63,653 bases of DNA, filler included, from Octopus bimaculoides (GCF_001194135.2; 7 parts of 6 records of this genome joined end to end with filler, not necessarily neighbours in it), one strand, 5' to 3'; shown: positions 26,771 to 39,148, numbered from the whole stretch's first letter. A program made the numbers and translations. The notes: generated by a model from the letters alone, not told the origin.

Positions 26771-26775
<5 letters not shown>
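26360..26775 (+). mobile_element. CR1-clade LINE 3' end (ORF2 C-terminus and 3' UTR)
   Basis: Open ~99 aa frame CPNDLNISFKVHPRLGPR...TGPALFNIVPKQIK...FKRSLDRFLQGIPDKQPIPGY...NSLLEW, TGA at 26684-26686. Confidence 0.88.
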
Positions 26776-26822
<47 letters not shown>

Positions 26823-26837
26823 CATTCAAACATACAC

Positions 26838-26876
<39 letters not shown>

Positions 26877-27477
26877 CTTATGTATAAATATTTGTGCATT
26901 TGTACGTATGTATATATGTATGTATATACGTATGTATATCGCATTATGTATATCCATAGAAAGAGGGAGAGAGTTTCCAGAGCGATGGCCAAATGTGCCC
27001 AAACATAGAATACTGGAAATAGAACTATGGGATGCAATGAAAGCAACAATTTGTGTGTTTGTTTGGTTGTGTGTGCGTATTAGTGCGGACGGCCGCGCAT
27101 CTGTGAGCGCGCGCGCGTCTGTGTGACAGATTGACAGATATAGTCGTCATTATAATAGATTTAAAGTGTTTAAATTCTATTAGTGCTCACTCGTGCACAC
27201 GCGCTGACACATGTGCGTCCACATAACCACACACTCGCACACGGCATTTGAACACGTGTGCGTTCGTGTACGTGTTCGCTCGCACTCGCGTGCAAACGTG
27301 CACACGGTGTACACATTAACACGTAAATGTGCTTGTGTGTTTGAAACATGTGCTCAAATGGCACTTCGTAATCCACACACGAGTTTGTAGTTCAAGTTCG
27401 ATTCTTGGTGACAGCTATTTCAGAAAAAATATGGAGATGCACGTCAGCGCGCGCAAACACACATGTACATAGCTTCA

Positions 27478-27515
<38 letters not shown>

Positions 27516-27602
27516 TGTGTGTGCTCGTGAGTCTCTGTGTGTGTATGTATATATATATATAGATATAGATGTATGTATGTATATACATATNNNNNNNNNN
27601 NN

Positions 27603-27635
<33 letters not shown>

Positions 27636-27689
27636 CATTCATACATGCATACATATACATACATATATATAAGTGTGTGTGTGTGTGTA

Positions 27690-27860
27690 ACTACACGTGA
27701 ATTGTTGGCAATTTTTTCCTCCTTTTTCTTTTGGACTTTCCTATGTCTCCTGTTTCCGAAGAGAGAGCTATGCCCGAAATGTAAAACAATCACTTTTTCC
27801 TTCTCTGAACATCTTATTAATACTCCGCATTGTTGCTTTTTTCTTGACTTTTTCTCCGTT
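27690..27860 (+). mobile_element. Penelope-like fragment related to 13860-14070
   Basis: TTGGCAATTTTTTCCTCC...CTTTTGGACTTTCCT...CCGAAGAGAGAGCTATGCCCGAAATG. Confidence 0.55.
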
Positions 27861-27881
27861 TTTTTTTTAATCAACGACATT

Positions 27882-27913
<32 letters not shown>

Positions 27914-27936
27914 TGTATGTATGTATGTATGTATGT

Positions 27937-28200
27937 GAAGGTGCGTGGCCAAGTATTTAGAAGTGCTGAACTCACGATCTTGGTATCGTGGTTTCGATTC
28001 TCAGGTCGGCTGCGCGTTGAGTTGGTTTCTTGAGTAAACACTTCCTTTCATATTGCTCCAGTCCGCTCAGCTGGGTAAACCTGTGATGGACCAAGCTTCG
28101 GATCAGAAGCAATGATGGCCTATTTGGGTTTCCAAAGTGAGTGCATTGTGACCAGCGATGTATAACAACCGATAGTCTCATCGGTACATAAATATTCTTT
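27937..28200 (+). mobile_element. SINE family C
   Basis: Head GGTGCGTGGCC...GGTTTCGATTCTC, core ACACTT.CTTTCATATTGCTCCAGTCCGCTCAGCTGG. Confidence 0.8.
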
Positions 28201-28204
28201 TATT

Positions 28205-28442
28205 TCTCTATTCTTTTACTTGTTTCAGTCATTTGACTGTGGCCAGGCTGGAGCACCGCCTTCATCCGAACAAATCGACCCCAGGACTTATTCTTTGTAA
28301 GCCTAGTACTTATTCTATCCGTCCCTTTAGCCGAACCGCTAAGTTACGCAATCGTAAACACGACAACATTGGTTGTCAAGCGATGGTGGGAGGACAAACA
28401 CAGACACACAAATACATACATATACATATATATATATATATA
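28205..28442 (-). mobile_element. SINE family A, 3' half
   Basis: Tail CTTTTACTTGTTTCAGTCATTTGACTG through to the internal (TA)n at the gap. Confidence 0.9.
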
Positions 28443-29359
28443 NNNNNNNNNNNNNNNNNNNNNNNNNNNNNNNNNNNNNNNNNNNNNNNNNNNNNNNNNN
28501 NNNNNNNNNNNNNNNNNNNNNNNNNNNNNNNNNNNNNNNNNNNNNNNNNNNNNNNNNNNNNNNNNNNNNNNNNNNNNNNNNNNNNNNNNNNNNNNNNNNN
28601 NNNNNNNNNNNNNNNNNNNNNNNNNNNNNNNNNNNNNNNNNNNNNNNNNNNNNNNNNNNNNNNNNNNNNNNNNNNNNNNNNNNNNNNNNNNNNNNNNNNN
28701 NNNNNNNNNNNNNNNNNNNNNNNNNNNNNNNNNNNNNNNNNNNNNNNNNNNNNNNNNNNNNNNNNNNNNNNNNNNNNNNNNNNNNNNNNNNNNNNNNNNN
28801 NNNNNNNNNNNNNNNNNNNNNNNNNNNNNNNNNNNNNNNNNNNNNNNNNNNNNNNNNNNNNNNNNNNNNNNNNNNNNNNNNNNNNNNNNNNNNNNNNNNN
28901 NNNNNNNNNNNNNNNNNNNNNNNNNNNNNNNNNNNNNNNNNNNNNNNNNNNNNNNNNNNNNNNNNNNNNNNNNNNNNNNNNNNNNNNNNNNNNNNNNNNN
29001 NNNNNNNNNNNNNNNNNNNNNNNNNNNNNNNNNNNNNNNNNNNNNNNNNNNNNNNNNNNNNNNNNNNNNNNNNNNNNNNNNNNNNNNNNNNNNNNNNNNN
29101 NNNNNNNNNNNNNNNNNNNNNNNNNNNNNNNNNNNNNNNNNNNNNNNNNNNNNNNNNNNNNNNNNNNNNNNNNNNNNNNNNNNNNNNNNNNNNNNNNNNN
29201 NNNNNNNNNNNNNNNNNNNNNNNNNNNNNNNNNNNNNNNNNNNNNNNNNNNNNNNNNNNNNNNNNNNNNNNNNNNNNNNNNNNNNNNNNNNNNNNNNNNN
29301 NNNNNNNNNNNNNNNNNNNNNNNNNNNNNNNNNNNNNNNNNNNNNNNNNNNNNNNAATA

Positions 29360-29687
29360 AAGAAGTAAATTCATGAATGGATGTTGTTTTCACAGCGATA
29401 ATGCTCTTCTCAGTACATGAGTCGTTCCAGTTTACACGATTTTTTGCAGGTAAGCCTGGTATCATTTTCAAATAGGTTTCAGTACCTTTTTTTGTCATTC
29501 CTAGAGCTCCTACAATCACTGGTATGGTAGTCGCCTTGAGGTGCCACATTCTTTCAATTTCTATTAGCAAGTCTTTATATTTACTGATCTTGTTAAATTC
29601 TTTCGCCGCTATATTATGATCGCAGGGAATACTCATGTCAATTAATAAACACATCTTCTTTGTCTGATCTTTTATAACAACATCCGG

Positions 29688-29690
<3 letters not shown>
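29360..29690 (-). pseudogene. 5'-truncated RLE-type (R4/Dong-like) LINE: endonuclease domain only
   Basis: PDVVIKDQTKKMCLLIDMSIPCDHNIAAKEFNKISKYKDLLIEIERMWHLKATTIPVIVGALG; frameshifted end TGTTHVLRRALSL*. The 5' junction is in a (TAA)n array. Confidence 0.92.
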
Positions 29691-29719
<29 letters not shown>

Positions 29720-29753
29720 CATTATTATTATTATCATTATTATTATTATTACT
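29690..29753. repeat. (TTA)n microsatellite
   Basis: Seen directly. Confidence 0.97.
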
Positions 29754-30035
29754 ATGTGTGTGTGTGTGTATGTATGTGTCTGTGTGTGTGTAATGGTAAG
29801 ATCCAAAACAAGAAAGAATCGCCCATGTCAAATTTATATGTATAGATATTTCAACATATAGAAACATGGTTAGATAGATATACATATACTTATATACATA
29901 TACATGCATACATACACACACGTATGTGTGTGTATGTATGTGTGTGTATGTATGTGTGTGCTTATCTGCGTTTGTAACTGCACCACTTGACAGCCGGTGA
30001 GGGTTTGGTTACGTCAACGTAAATTTGCAGTTCGA

Positions 30036-30102
<67 letters not shown>
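30036..30102. repeat. (CTAT)n microsatellite, ~16 units
   Basis: Seen directly. Confidence 0.98.
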
Positions 30103-30104
30103 CT

Positions 30105-30339
30105 CACGTGTGGGACGAGTCGGTTTATCAACCGAGTCTATCGTCAATATCGTCACGCCTCCTTCCTTTAAACGAGAAGGAAGAGCTGTTTTTATCGTAC
30201 TTGTGGCTATGGCGAAAGAATGTATCTGGTGGACGCGTCTGAAAGGATTAGAGACAAACACTTTCCTCTCTGGTCAATCTCTTAACTTTTTCAAGTATCA
30301 CTTGAAAAGGAAGGTGAGAGTAGAGAGGCAAGTGTTGTC
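30105..30339 (+). mobile_element. Tx1/L1-clade LINE ORF2 C-terminal fragment, 5'-truncated
   Basis: LVAMAKECIWWTRLKGLETNTFLSGQSLNFFKYHLKRKVRVER, matching 61427-61570 and 63072-63120. Confidence 0.8.
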
Positions 30340-30439
30340 NNNNNNNNNNNNNNNNNNNNNNNNNNNNNNNNNNNNNNNNNNNNTTAATTAATTAANNNNN
30401 NNNNNNNNNNNNNNNNNNNNNNNNNNNNNNNNNNNNNNN

Positions 30440-30472
<33 letters not shown>

Positions 30473-31369
30473 ATGTATGTATGTATGTATATATATGCAT
30501 GTATATATTTATCTATATATGCATGTATATATTTATCTATATATGTATGCATATATATATTTTGATATATACACACATCCACACTAACACACACACATAT
30601 ACACACACACACACACACCTTTAGGGCCTTCGCACTGTTCTTCCTCTCATATTTCATGGCGGTAACCTGTTGTAGCCCCATTTCATTTTGTATTCTGTGT
30701 TGTTTGACGGCACATTTAATTTCTTCTCAAGTATATTTCATTTGTAACATAGTTGAGACCATTAAGACGAATAAAATTTCACTGAATATCTTCAACTTCC
30801 TCTTATCTATGATTCTCATCGGTTTTCATCTATCTTTACTTTCTAAATACACATAAACACACAATCACACACACACACGTGCAAAGATTCGAACAGGCAA
30901 AGAAGCACACATATATGTATGTGTATATGTGTGTGTATGTTTGTATGTATGTACGTATGTATGTACGTATGTATGTACGTATATTTGTATAAATTCATGC
31001 ACCTCTGCCTAAAAAAGTGCATGTCCGGTACCAATATAATGCTTGTTTTCATTGTACGGGCCCCGAACTATAGATGCTGGAATTTGAAACAAGAATGTAC
31101 ATGGAAGAATTTAATGAAATTATCAACAATTTTATTCCATTCACATTTTCGATCCTTAAATTACCGACTGTGTTTAGCTACAAACGCTATAAATATTTTG
31201 AAAACCAATAAGCATAACTTAATTAAAAGTTTATGTATTAGAAATAATCGTTGTTCGGAACATTGGCTCTCGAAGCGCATCACATAAAGCTATAAATGAT
31301 AGCATGTAAGTAAATACTATGAATTGATATGACTATTTCACTCAATAAGGCTGAGACAATTTCTACTGC

Positions 31370-31980
31370 AGACACAAGATGTACGACCTTGAGGAGCGGA
31401 AGTTAGTCGAATCTATCGATCACAGCTTTTGACTGGCATTTTATGTTATCGATCGCGTAAAAAGGAAACTCAAAGATGGCACCGGTGGGATTTAAACTCA
31501 AAAGGAAAAGAGCCGAAAGAATCGCCGCCAAGCATTTTTCCGACGCGGTAACGATTTTGCCCTCGCGCTGCTTTGATAATGATAATAATCCTTTGTATAA
31601 TAGGCACAAGGCCTGAAATTTTAAGGTGGGCGCTAGTCTATTTCGCCGACCCCAGTACTTCGCTGGTATTTTATTTTATCAGTCCCTAAATGATGAAAGA
31701 AAAGTCGACCTTAAAACATTTTATTCTACCACGAAGGATTCTGCTAACTCGCCGCCTAAAAAGTTTTTTCTATTTTTCTAGTTTAGGCACAAGACCTGAA
31801 ATTCGGTGGGAAGGGGGCCAGTCGATTACACCGAACCTAATGCTCGATTCGTACTTTCTTTTATGGACACCGAAAGGATTAAAGGCAAAGGTGACGTCGG
31901 CAGGATTTGATCTTGTAACGTAGAGTTTCTAGCTAAATACTGCAAAACATTTTTGTCTGACACTCTAATTGTTCCACCAA
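31370..31980 (-). mobile_element. Cluster of 3 diverged SINE family B copies
   Basis: Recurrent AGGCACAAG..CTGAAATT, TCGAC.CCAGT, GAAAGGAT.AAAGGCAAAG motifs. Confidence 0.75.
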
Positions 31981-32724
31981 TCCCTCGTCATTATGAGTCC
32001 GAATAGCTGAAATATGATGTTTGGCGCCTAATGCGTTGAACTGATTCCCATCAAACAGCTGAAATTTATCTTTGTCAAATCTAAAAGATCTTATATTTAT
32101 CTTCGATTTTTGTAGATTTCCAGGTACTTCATATAAACATGTTTAGTTTGGGATGCTGTATTAATGCTGGCTACGTTCCTGTTATGAACATATTATCATG
32201 TCGTTGTAACTGGATAAGCACAAAATATTGCTTAATGTCATAGAAATGTCTCCTGCCTACAGATAAGTAAATAGAGAAATAATATATTGAACATATGATA
32301 CAGTATATTTTTAGGAGTGGAAGGTCGAAGAAAATATAAAGTGTCTTGGCGATGGACACAAAGTGTCGTCGGAACACAAACTTCAGTGCTTTTGAGCGTA
32401 TTTGGCTTGCAGCCAAATAATTTTGTAACAGATAATGTATTGTCATAGCCTTTTCAATGACCAACATATTTTAAATTACCGCCGACACTGAAATGTTGAA
32501 GACGAACGTCAAAGGCACCTCGTAGAATTAAGACTGAAATGATTAGCGATCACACAGTGGCATTCTAACAAAAAGATATTTCTCGTAGGTGCTTAATTTC
32601 CGACTTCTTCGGAGAGGTTTCATCTCTTTTTTTTCCCTATTTCTTTTTATTACACACACACAAACACACACACATATATATATTGCTTTAATATGTATAT
32701 ATAATGCATATATATATATATATG

Positions 32725-32764
<40 letters not shown>

Positions 32765-32824
32765 ATGCATATATGTGTATATATAATGCACATATATATA
32801 TAATGCATATATGTATATATAATG

Positions 32825-32859
<35 letters not shown>

Positions 32860-33419
32860 TATATAATGCTTATATTTATAATGCATGTATATGTATATGT
32901 GTGTGCGTGTGTGTGTGTGTACAGTGCGTACATGTATGCATATATGTATCCGTGTGCCTGTGTATCCTTTGATTATTTTAGTTTTTGCTTCGGGAAGAAG
33001 AGGAAAATATATTTTGTTGTTGTTGAAAGAAAAGGCTTTGTTGTTGTCAGTTCAAAACTAATATTTGTTTTGGAATCAGATTTTGAAACGCAAATTATTC
33101 TCAGTAAATCGAATAACTCTGTTGAATTTTGTGCCAAATATTGATTGCCATATAATCATATGTAATATTGGTAGGCTACAAATATCTGCATCTTATCATA
33201 CGATTTCCTGATGGGATCTCGTTTTATATTCTTTCTCGTGGTGGCGAGGGTGAGGAATAATCGCTATTAAAGATTAAAAGAAACAAAAATGATTGGATAT
33301 AAAAACATTATTAACTTTCAGTTTTTTTTTTTTCTAATTTCTTATTCTATTTCCATTCTTTTCCGTTCTTATTCTCGTCTTTCAATATTCTTCACTTATA
33401 TTTATCTACCTTGCCAGTT

Positions 33420-33745
33420 TATTCATCGTCTTCCTCATCACAGTTATCATCACTATCCTCATCACCACTACCACCACTACCACCACCTTCATCGTCATCA
33501 TCACCACCATCACCAACATCATCATCACCAACATCATCATCACCAACATCATCATCACCACCATCATCACCACCAACATCATCATCACCACCATCACCAT
33601 CAGCATCATCATCATCGTTGTCGTCATCATCATTACCATCACCATCATCAACAACAATGATACCATCTTCATCATCATCATTATCATCATCACCATCAGC
33701 AACAACAACAGCAATGACATCATCCGCCTCATCATCGTTCATCGT
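33420..33745. repeat. (CAT/CAC/CAA)n tract with a 15 nt higher-order unit CATCATCATCACCAA
   Basis: Seen directly; source of the poly-H/S/D pseudo-ORFs. Confidence 0.95.
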
Positions 33746-33749
33746 AACG

Positions 33750-33955
33750 TCCCGTTTAGTCGAACAAATCGACCCCAGAACTTATTCTTTGTAAGCCTAA
33801 TACTTATTCTATCGGTCTCTTTGTCAAATCGCTAGGTTACGTGAACGTAAACATTCGAATATTGGTTGCCAAACGATGGTGGGCGGACAAACACAGGCAC
33901 ACAAACATATACGCACATACATACATACATACATGCATGCATATATATATATATA
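33750..33955 (-). mobile_element. SINE family A, internal fragment
   Basis: TTTAGTCGAACAAATCGACCCCAG..CTTATTCTTTGTAAGCC. Confidence 0.85.
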
Positions 33956-34250
33956 NNNNNNNNNNNNNNNNNNNNNNNNNNNNNNNNNNNNNNNNNNNNN
34001 NNNNNNNNNNNNNNNNNNNNNNNNNNNNNNNNNNNNNNNNNNNNNNNNNNNNNNNNNNNNNNNNNNNNNNNNNNNNNNNNNNNNNNNNNNNNNNNNNNNN
34101 NNNNNNNNNNNNNNNNNNNNNNNNNNNNNNNNNNNNNNNNNNNNNNNNNNNNNNNNNNNNNNNNNNNNNNNNNNNNNNNNNNNNNNNNNNNNNNNNNNNN
34201 NNNNNNNNNNNNNNNNNNNNNNNNNNNNNNNNNNNNNNNNNATATATATG

Positions 34251-34281
<31 letters not shown>

Positions 34282-34286
34282 ATATA

Positions 34287-35888
34287 CAGTATCTCACAGA
34301 AGTATGCACATCCCTAAGAATTTTCAGTAAAATTGCCATTACTCTGATAATATCGAAGGAAATCAAACGAAATTTATGTTGAACAAAATATATTATACAT
34401 GCAAACATTATACAAATTTGGAACACAAAACAATAAACATTTTCAAAGATATGAACGAAATATTAATTTTCAAACTATACAAAAAGAAGACTTAATGCAG
34501 TCATTGAAAGCAATGACAGTCACACCAAATGCTTTCAATGACTGCATTAAGTCTTTTGAGCATAGAGTCGACTATATTTCCGCATATAACCGATGAAATC
34601 AACCTCCATTCATCCTGAATGATGTCTTTCAATTATGTTACATTGCAGGGTTTTTTCCTCCTCAACCTTCCTTCTCAAAACACTCCCCGATATTCTATTG
34701 GGTTTAAATCAGGTGACGTGTTAAGCCAAGGCAATATCTTTACCTTTTTATATGATAAAAATTTAGTCCTCTTTGAAGTGCGTTTGGAGTCAGTATCATG
34801 TTGGAACATATAATGTCTTCCCAGTTCCTTGATGCTTTCAAGATTGTTTTTTGCAATATGTCACAGTAAAGCCTTGAATCCGTTGTTCTTTCAATAAATA
34901 TGAGTCCTCTCACACCAGCCGCACTCATACATCCCCAAAGCATAACACTTGTGCCGCCGTGTTTCACGGTAGGCACTTGCATTTGTCGCTATTATCTTCA
35001 TTTGGTCGTCGCCATACTCGTTTAATACCATCTGACCCAAACAAGTTGATTTTATTCTCGTCAGAAAAAAGAATTCTATTCCAAAATTCCTTCCCTTTAC
35101 TCACACAGGTTTCAGCAAAAGACACACAACTTGGTTTATGCCTGGTAGTGAAAAGAGGTTTCCTACGGGAAATGCATCCATGAAGACCACACTGGCTCAA
35201 ACTTTGGACAGATACACGCTTTCCACTAACAGAAGACATTTCTTGGGCCAAAGATAAAGCAGTACGACGCCTGTCGTCCATCATGCAACGTTAGAAGTGG
35301 CGAATATCACGCGCAATTAAAATAGAAGGACCTGGACGATGTTTATTGCTTAGCCGTCCAGTTGCTTTGTACTTCTGAATTATTTTGGCAACTGCCTTTA
35401 CACTAATATGTATTCGTTTGCTAATTAACTTGTATCCTAAACCCTTCTTGTGCAAATCAAAACTAATTTTCTTCAAATCTTCAGTTATTTTTTTTTCCTT
35501 TTGGTGTCATTATAATCACAATGAAGAAGATTTTCACCACGATACACAAATCCCTGCAGATGCGATAACAATGACCGGTGCCAAAATGCCAGGAGAAATA
35601 ATTTATTAGAATTGAAATTATCAGCAAAATCTGAATTTAGTAAAAACGTGGATAAAATATTGAATATAGCAAATTTCCTTTAGGGTGTACATATTTTTGT
35701 AACGTTGGAAAATTAATATTTCGTTCATTTCTTTGAAAACGTTTGCTTTGTGTTCCAAATTTGTATGTTTGCATGTTTCATATATTTTATTCAGTATAAG
35801 TTTCTTTTGATTTCCTTCGATATTATCAGAGCAATGGCAATTTTGCTGAAATTTTTTAGGGTTGTACATACTTCTGTAAGATACTCTG
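34287..35888 (-). mobile_element. Full-length decayed Tc1 transposon (~1.6 kb, ~200 bp TIRs)
   Basis: TIRs 34287-34480 and 35690-35888 are reverse complements, beginning TA-CAGTATCTCACAGAAGTATG. Confidence 0.95.
34500..35490 (-). pseudogene. Tc1 (DD34E) transposase, frameshifted
   Basis: LHKKGLGYKLISK (HTH), RRKPL, WNRILFSDENKINLFGSDG..VWRR, TVKHGG.SVMLWGCM, WLNTSPDLNPIE. Confidence 0.93.
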
Positions 35889-36125
35889 TGTCTGTGTGTG
35901 TATGTGTGTGTGTGTGTGTGTATATATAAATATATATATATATANNNNNNNNNNNNNNNNNNNNNNNNNNNNNNNNNNNNNNNNNNNNTTAATTAATTAA
36001 NNNNNNNNNNNNNNNNNNNNNNNNNNNNNNNNNNNNNNNNNNNNTATATATATGCGTGTATATACGTTTGTATGTATGTATTCTGCATATTCATGTGTTT
36101 GTGTATTCATGTTTGTATGTTTGCA

Positions 36126-36158
<33 letters not shown>

Positions 36159-36479
36159 TTTCGTGTGTGTACCTCTGTCGCCTCGTGTGTGCATGTTTGA
36201 GTGTGTCTATGTGTATGGGTTTGTGTGACTATGTACGTGCGTCTGTTATGTACGGATGTGTGTCTCCATGTGTCCTTGTGTGTGTGTGTATGTGTGTGTG
36301 TGTGTCGAGTGTGCGTGTGTGTATATGGTCATGTGTTTCAGTTTTCATTTGTGTATGTCTGTGCGTATGCGTGTGTGTGTGTGTGCTTGTCTGTCTATAT
36401 ATGTCCGTATATATATATGCCTGTAAACCCAAACATTAAATTTACATATCATAATATACACATATTTATACACACTGAC

Positions 36480-36705
36480 ACTTATCTTTTATCTTTTATT
36501 TGTTATTGGTTTCAACCACGAGACTGCGGCCAAGCTGCAGCACCACCTTGAAGAATTTTTTGTCGAATGAGTCGATCCCAGGACTTTTTTTTAAGCCTGG
36601 TGCATGTTCTGTCGGTCTCTTTTGCTAAAGACTAAGTTACAGTTATGTAAACATACCAACACCGGTTGTCAAGCGATGGAGCGGGGAATCACAGATACAA
36701 AGACG
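36480..36705 (-). mobile_element. SINE family A, 3' half
   Basis: GACTGCGGCCAAGCTG..GCACCACCTTGAAG...ACCGGTTGTCAAGCG. Confidence 0.82.
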
Positions 36706-36791
36706 TGCATTAGCGGGATGGGGGCAGTTGCATCACTCCAAATCGGCGGGTTTTCTCCCACCCTCCCTTGAATAAACATCGGTGGCGAGGA

Positions 36792-36945
36792 CAGTGGCGT
36801 AGCTAATGTGTGTGCCACCTGGAGCTACCCTTGAGTTCGCCACCTTCTATACAGGTTTATACAGTAGACCCAAATGCCGTCTCCATAAAAGCATCACCCG
36901 GCAGGGACCGTCCCCATCGTTCCCCCTCTCTTAGGTGCGCTACTA
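36792..36945. mobile_element. Possible PIF/Harbinger-type MITE
   Basis: GC-rich island bounded by CAGTGGCGTAGCT and AGGTGCGCTACT (imperfect TIRs). Confidence 0.45.
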
Positions 36946-36989
36946 GACATGGAGAGACGGGGCTTGCATGCATGGCCAGCTACCAGCTG

Positions 36990-37090
36990 CATGCGTGACT
37001 GTGTGGTAGGAAATTTGCTTCCCAACCACATGGTTCCGGGTTCAGCTCCGCTGCATGTTACCTTGGTAGTCGGAAACTGAAAGAATCTTG

Positions 37091-37157
<67 letters not shown>

Positions 37158-37365
37158 CGTGCCTCTGTTTGTCCCCCACTACCGCTTGACAACCGGTGTT
37201 TACGTCTCCGTAAATTAGCGGTTCGGCGAAAGTGACCGATTGAATAACTACTAGGCTTAGCAAAAGAAAAAAAAAATTAAGTATTGGGGTTGATTCATTC
37301 GACTAAAAATTCTTCAAGGTGGTGCCCCAGCATGGCCGCAGTCTAATGACTGAGACAAGTAAAAA
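36990..37365 (+). mobile_element. SINE family A (internal deletion, long (TG)n)
   Basis: Head GTGACTGTGTGGTAGG...GGTTCCGGGTTCAG, tail GGTGCCCCAGCATGGCCGCAGTCTAATGACTGAGACAAGTAAAA. Confidence 0.9.
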
Positions 37366-37479
37366 AAAAAAACGAACGATATCCAAGTGACTAAAAGGTG
37401 TCAGCAAGAAGGGCACCAAATATCATAACCTGCATACGGCCCGGCCCTCTTACAATGTAAGAAGTCGAGCTGAAACACT

Positions 37480-38069
37480 TGCCTAAGGAAGGTTTTTTTC
37501 CCCCACTGAAGACCTTCTGCTGTTCAGCTCTCTTAATTTCTCATCACTAATCCATGAAGCATAAATAAGTCTTAACATGTTAAGAAGGGAATTCATTATT
37601 GAAGAAATGAAATATCTTTTACGACATGATATTCGACGATCTTGCATTATCATACCAAGAGTAAGGTCAATGTTGTCCTCGGTAGTTGCAGTTGGAGGTC
37701 TCCCTGGTCTTGGATCATCTTCCATACTCTCCCTGCCACGCTTGAATTCATTTACCCAGCGTTTGACTATTGCATATGAAGGAGCATTGTCTGTTAAGGT
37801 TCTCACCATATCTTCATGGATTTCTCATGGAGTCATGCCTTTCAAATGAAGGTACTTTTTGACAGCACGATACTCAGTTTTCTCCATTTTCCTTGTAAAT
37901 TCGAAGCTTGTTTATTCAAAAATCTGCAACAAAAAAAAAATAGAATATCAGAATCATGAAAATGAGCAAGAAACCCCAAAAAGACTGTACTAACCAGAAA
38001 AAAATTGTTTCAGCTACCTAGCAGCCCCGTTTCTAGGTTAGGCTCAAAACTTTTCATACACCCCTCGTA
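37480..38069 (-). mobile_element. Truncated mariner element: one TIR and the N-terminal HTH of the transposase
   Basis: TIR TA-CGAGGGGTGTATGAAAAGTTTTGAGCC at 38040-38069. ATG at 37887: MEKTEYRAVKKYLHLKG..EIHEDMVRTLTDNAPSYAIVKRWVNEFKRGRESMEDDPRPGRP. Confidence 0.9.
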
Positions 38070-38107
38070 CTTTTTACTTGTTTTAATCGATGGGCTGTGG
38101 CTAAGTC

Positions 38108-38345
38108 CAGTGGTTCTCAACTAGGGTTCGTATGACTCTTGGGCCCCTTGAGGTGTCCATATAAGGTTTTATTAAAATTTATGTACAATAAATTGGTCAT
38201 ATTTCTATGATGCACCAAATATTTTAACAATTTTTTAAATACAATTTCTAATAATATTTAACGAATATACTCATGTAAAAATCGAATTCTTTTAGACCAT
38301 TTTTTAATGTCAAATTTATGAGGTTGCCTATTACATGGATACTAC
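38108..38345 (+). mobile_element. hAT-type MITE, left part
   Basis: CAGTGGTTCTCAAC terminus, homologous to 50114-50320. A matching right end (GAGAAGCACTG) lies at 39400-39493 without a matching 8 bp TSD. Confidence 0.7.
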
Positions 38346-38532
38346 TTTTGAGGGGCTGAAATTCAAGTTAGGATCCGAAGTACCGTTTCAGCAGCAGAAG
38401 CTCAACTGATCTCTAAGTGAATAAAAACAAAAAACACAATGAATTACAGTAATGTTAGCAATTCTCTACATCAAAACACAGGCTCTAGTAAATAACAAGA
38501 CCCATAAACAAGACCGCGTAGCTGTTGTTGTT

Positions 38533-38798
38533 CGCCGATAGTTCTGTCTGTGAAACACGTTTCTCACCAGGTAAACAGACGAGTGTAATGACGCATGTGC
38601 TTATTGTATTTGGAGATGAGGGAAATATAAAGGTCGCATGGGAACCACAGATCTAACAATTAGTTCGATGTTCTTAGGCTTACCAAAGTCCTGCCTTTGT
38701 ACGAATTCGGTGTTTACCAATAGTGCTGTCTGTGAAACACGTTTCTCACCATGTAAACAACGAGTGCATCACGCATGTGTTTACTGTGCTTTCAGATG
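38533..38798. repeat. Diverged ~85 bp direct repeat, 182 bp period
   Basis: Identical 26-mer CTGTCTGTGAAACACGTTTCTCACCA at 38544 and 38726. Confidence 0.9.
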
Positions 38799-38889
38799 TA
38801 TGCAGGCTTGCAGCATATCCTGTGCATACATTTTAGGAATGGTGATGTAGCACCCATCAACAGATGTGTAGTGCTCGCTATTAAATGGT

Positions 38890-39148
38890 GTTTTACTATA
38901 AGCACCGAGCATTCCATTATATATATCTTTATTGCCCACAGGGGGATAAACATAGAGGGGATAAACAAGGACAGACAAAGGGATTAAGTCGATTATATCG
39001 ATCCCAGTACATGACCGGTACTTATTTAATCGACCCCGAAAATATGAAAGGTAAAGTCGACCTCGGCGAAATTTGAACTCAGAACGTAAAGACAGACGAA
39101 ATACTACTTAGCATTTCGCCCGGCGTGCTAACGTTTCTGCCAGCATTC
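38890..39148 (-). mobile_element. SINE family B (Tx1-like tail)
   Basis: TCTTTATTGCCCACAGGGGGATAAACATAGAGG...TTTGAACTCAGAACG...CTAACGTTTCTGCCAGC. Confidence 0.92.

Noticed and set aside
31990-32520. Coding exons (98 aa minus ORF; plus-strand AG...GT candidates)
   Set aside because: No consistent acceptor, frame and donor combination, and no recognisable motif.
33289-33794. Poly-His, poly-Asp and poly-Ser ORFs (also 16.2, 25.0, 40.7 and 44.7 kb)
   Set aside because: Trinucleotide repeats are open in several frames on both strands; no unique coding flanks or splice structure.
38533-38798. CRISPR-like repeat-spacer array
   Set aside because: Only two repeats, a unit far longer than CRISPR repeats, eukaryotic context and no cas genes.
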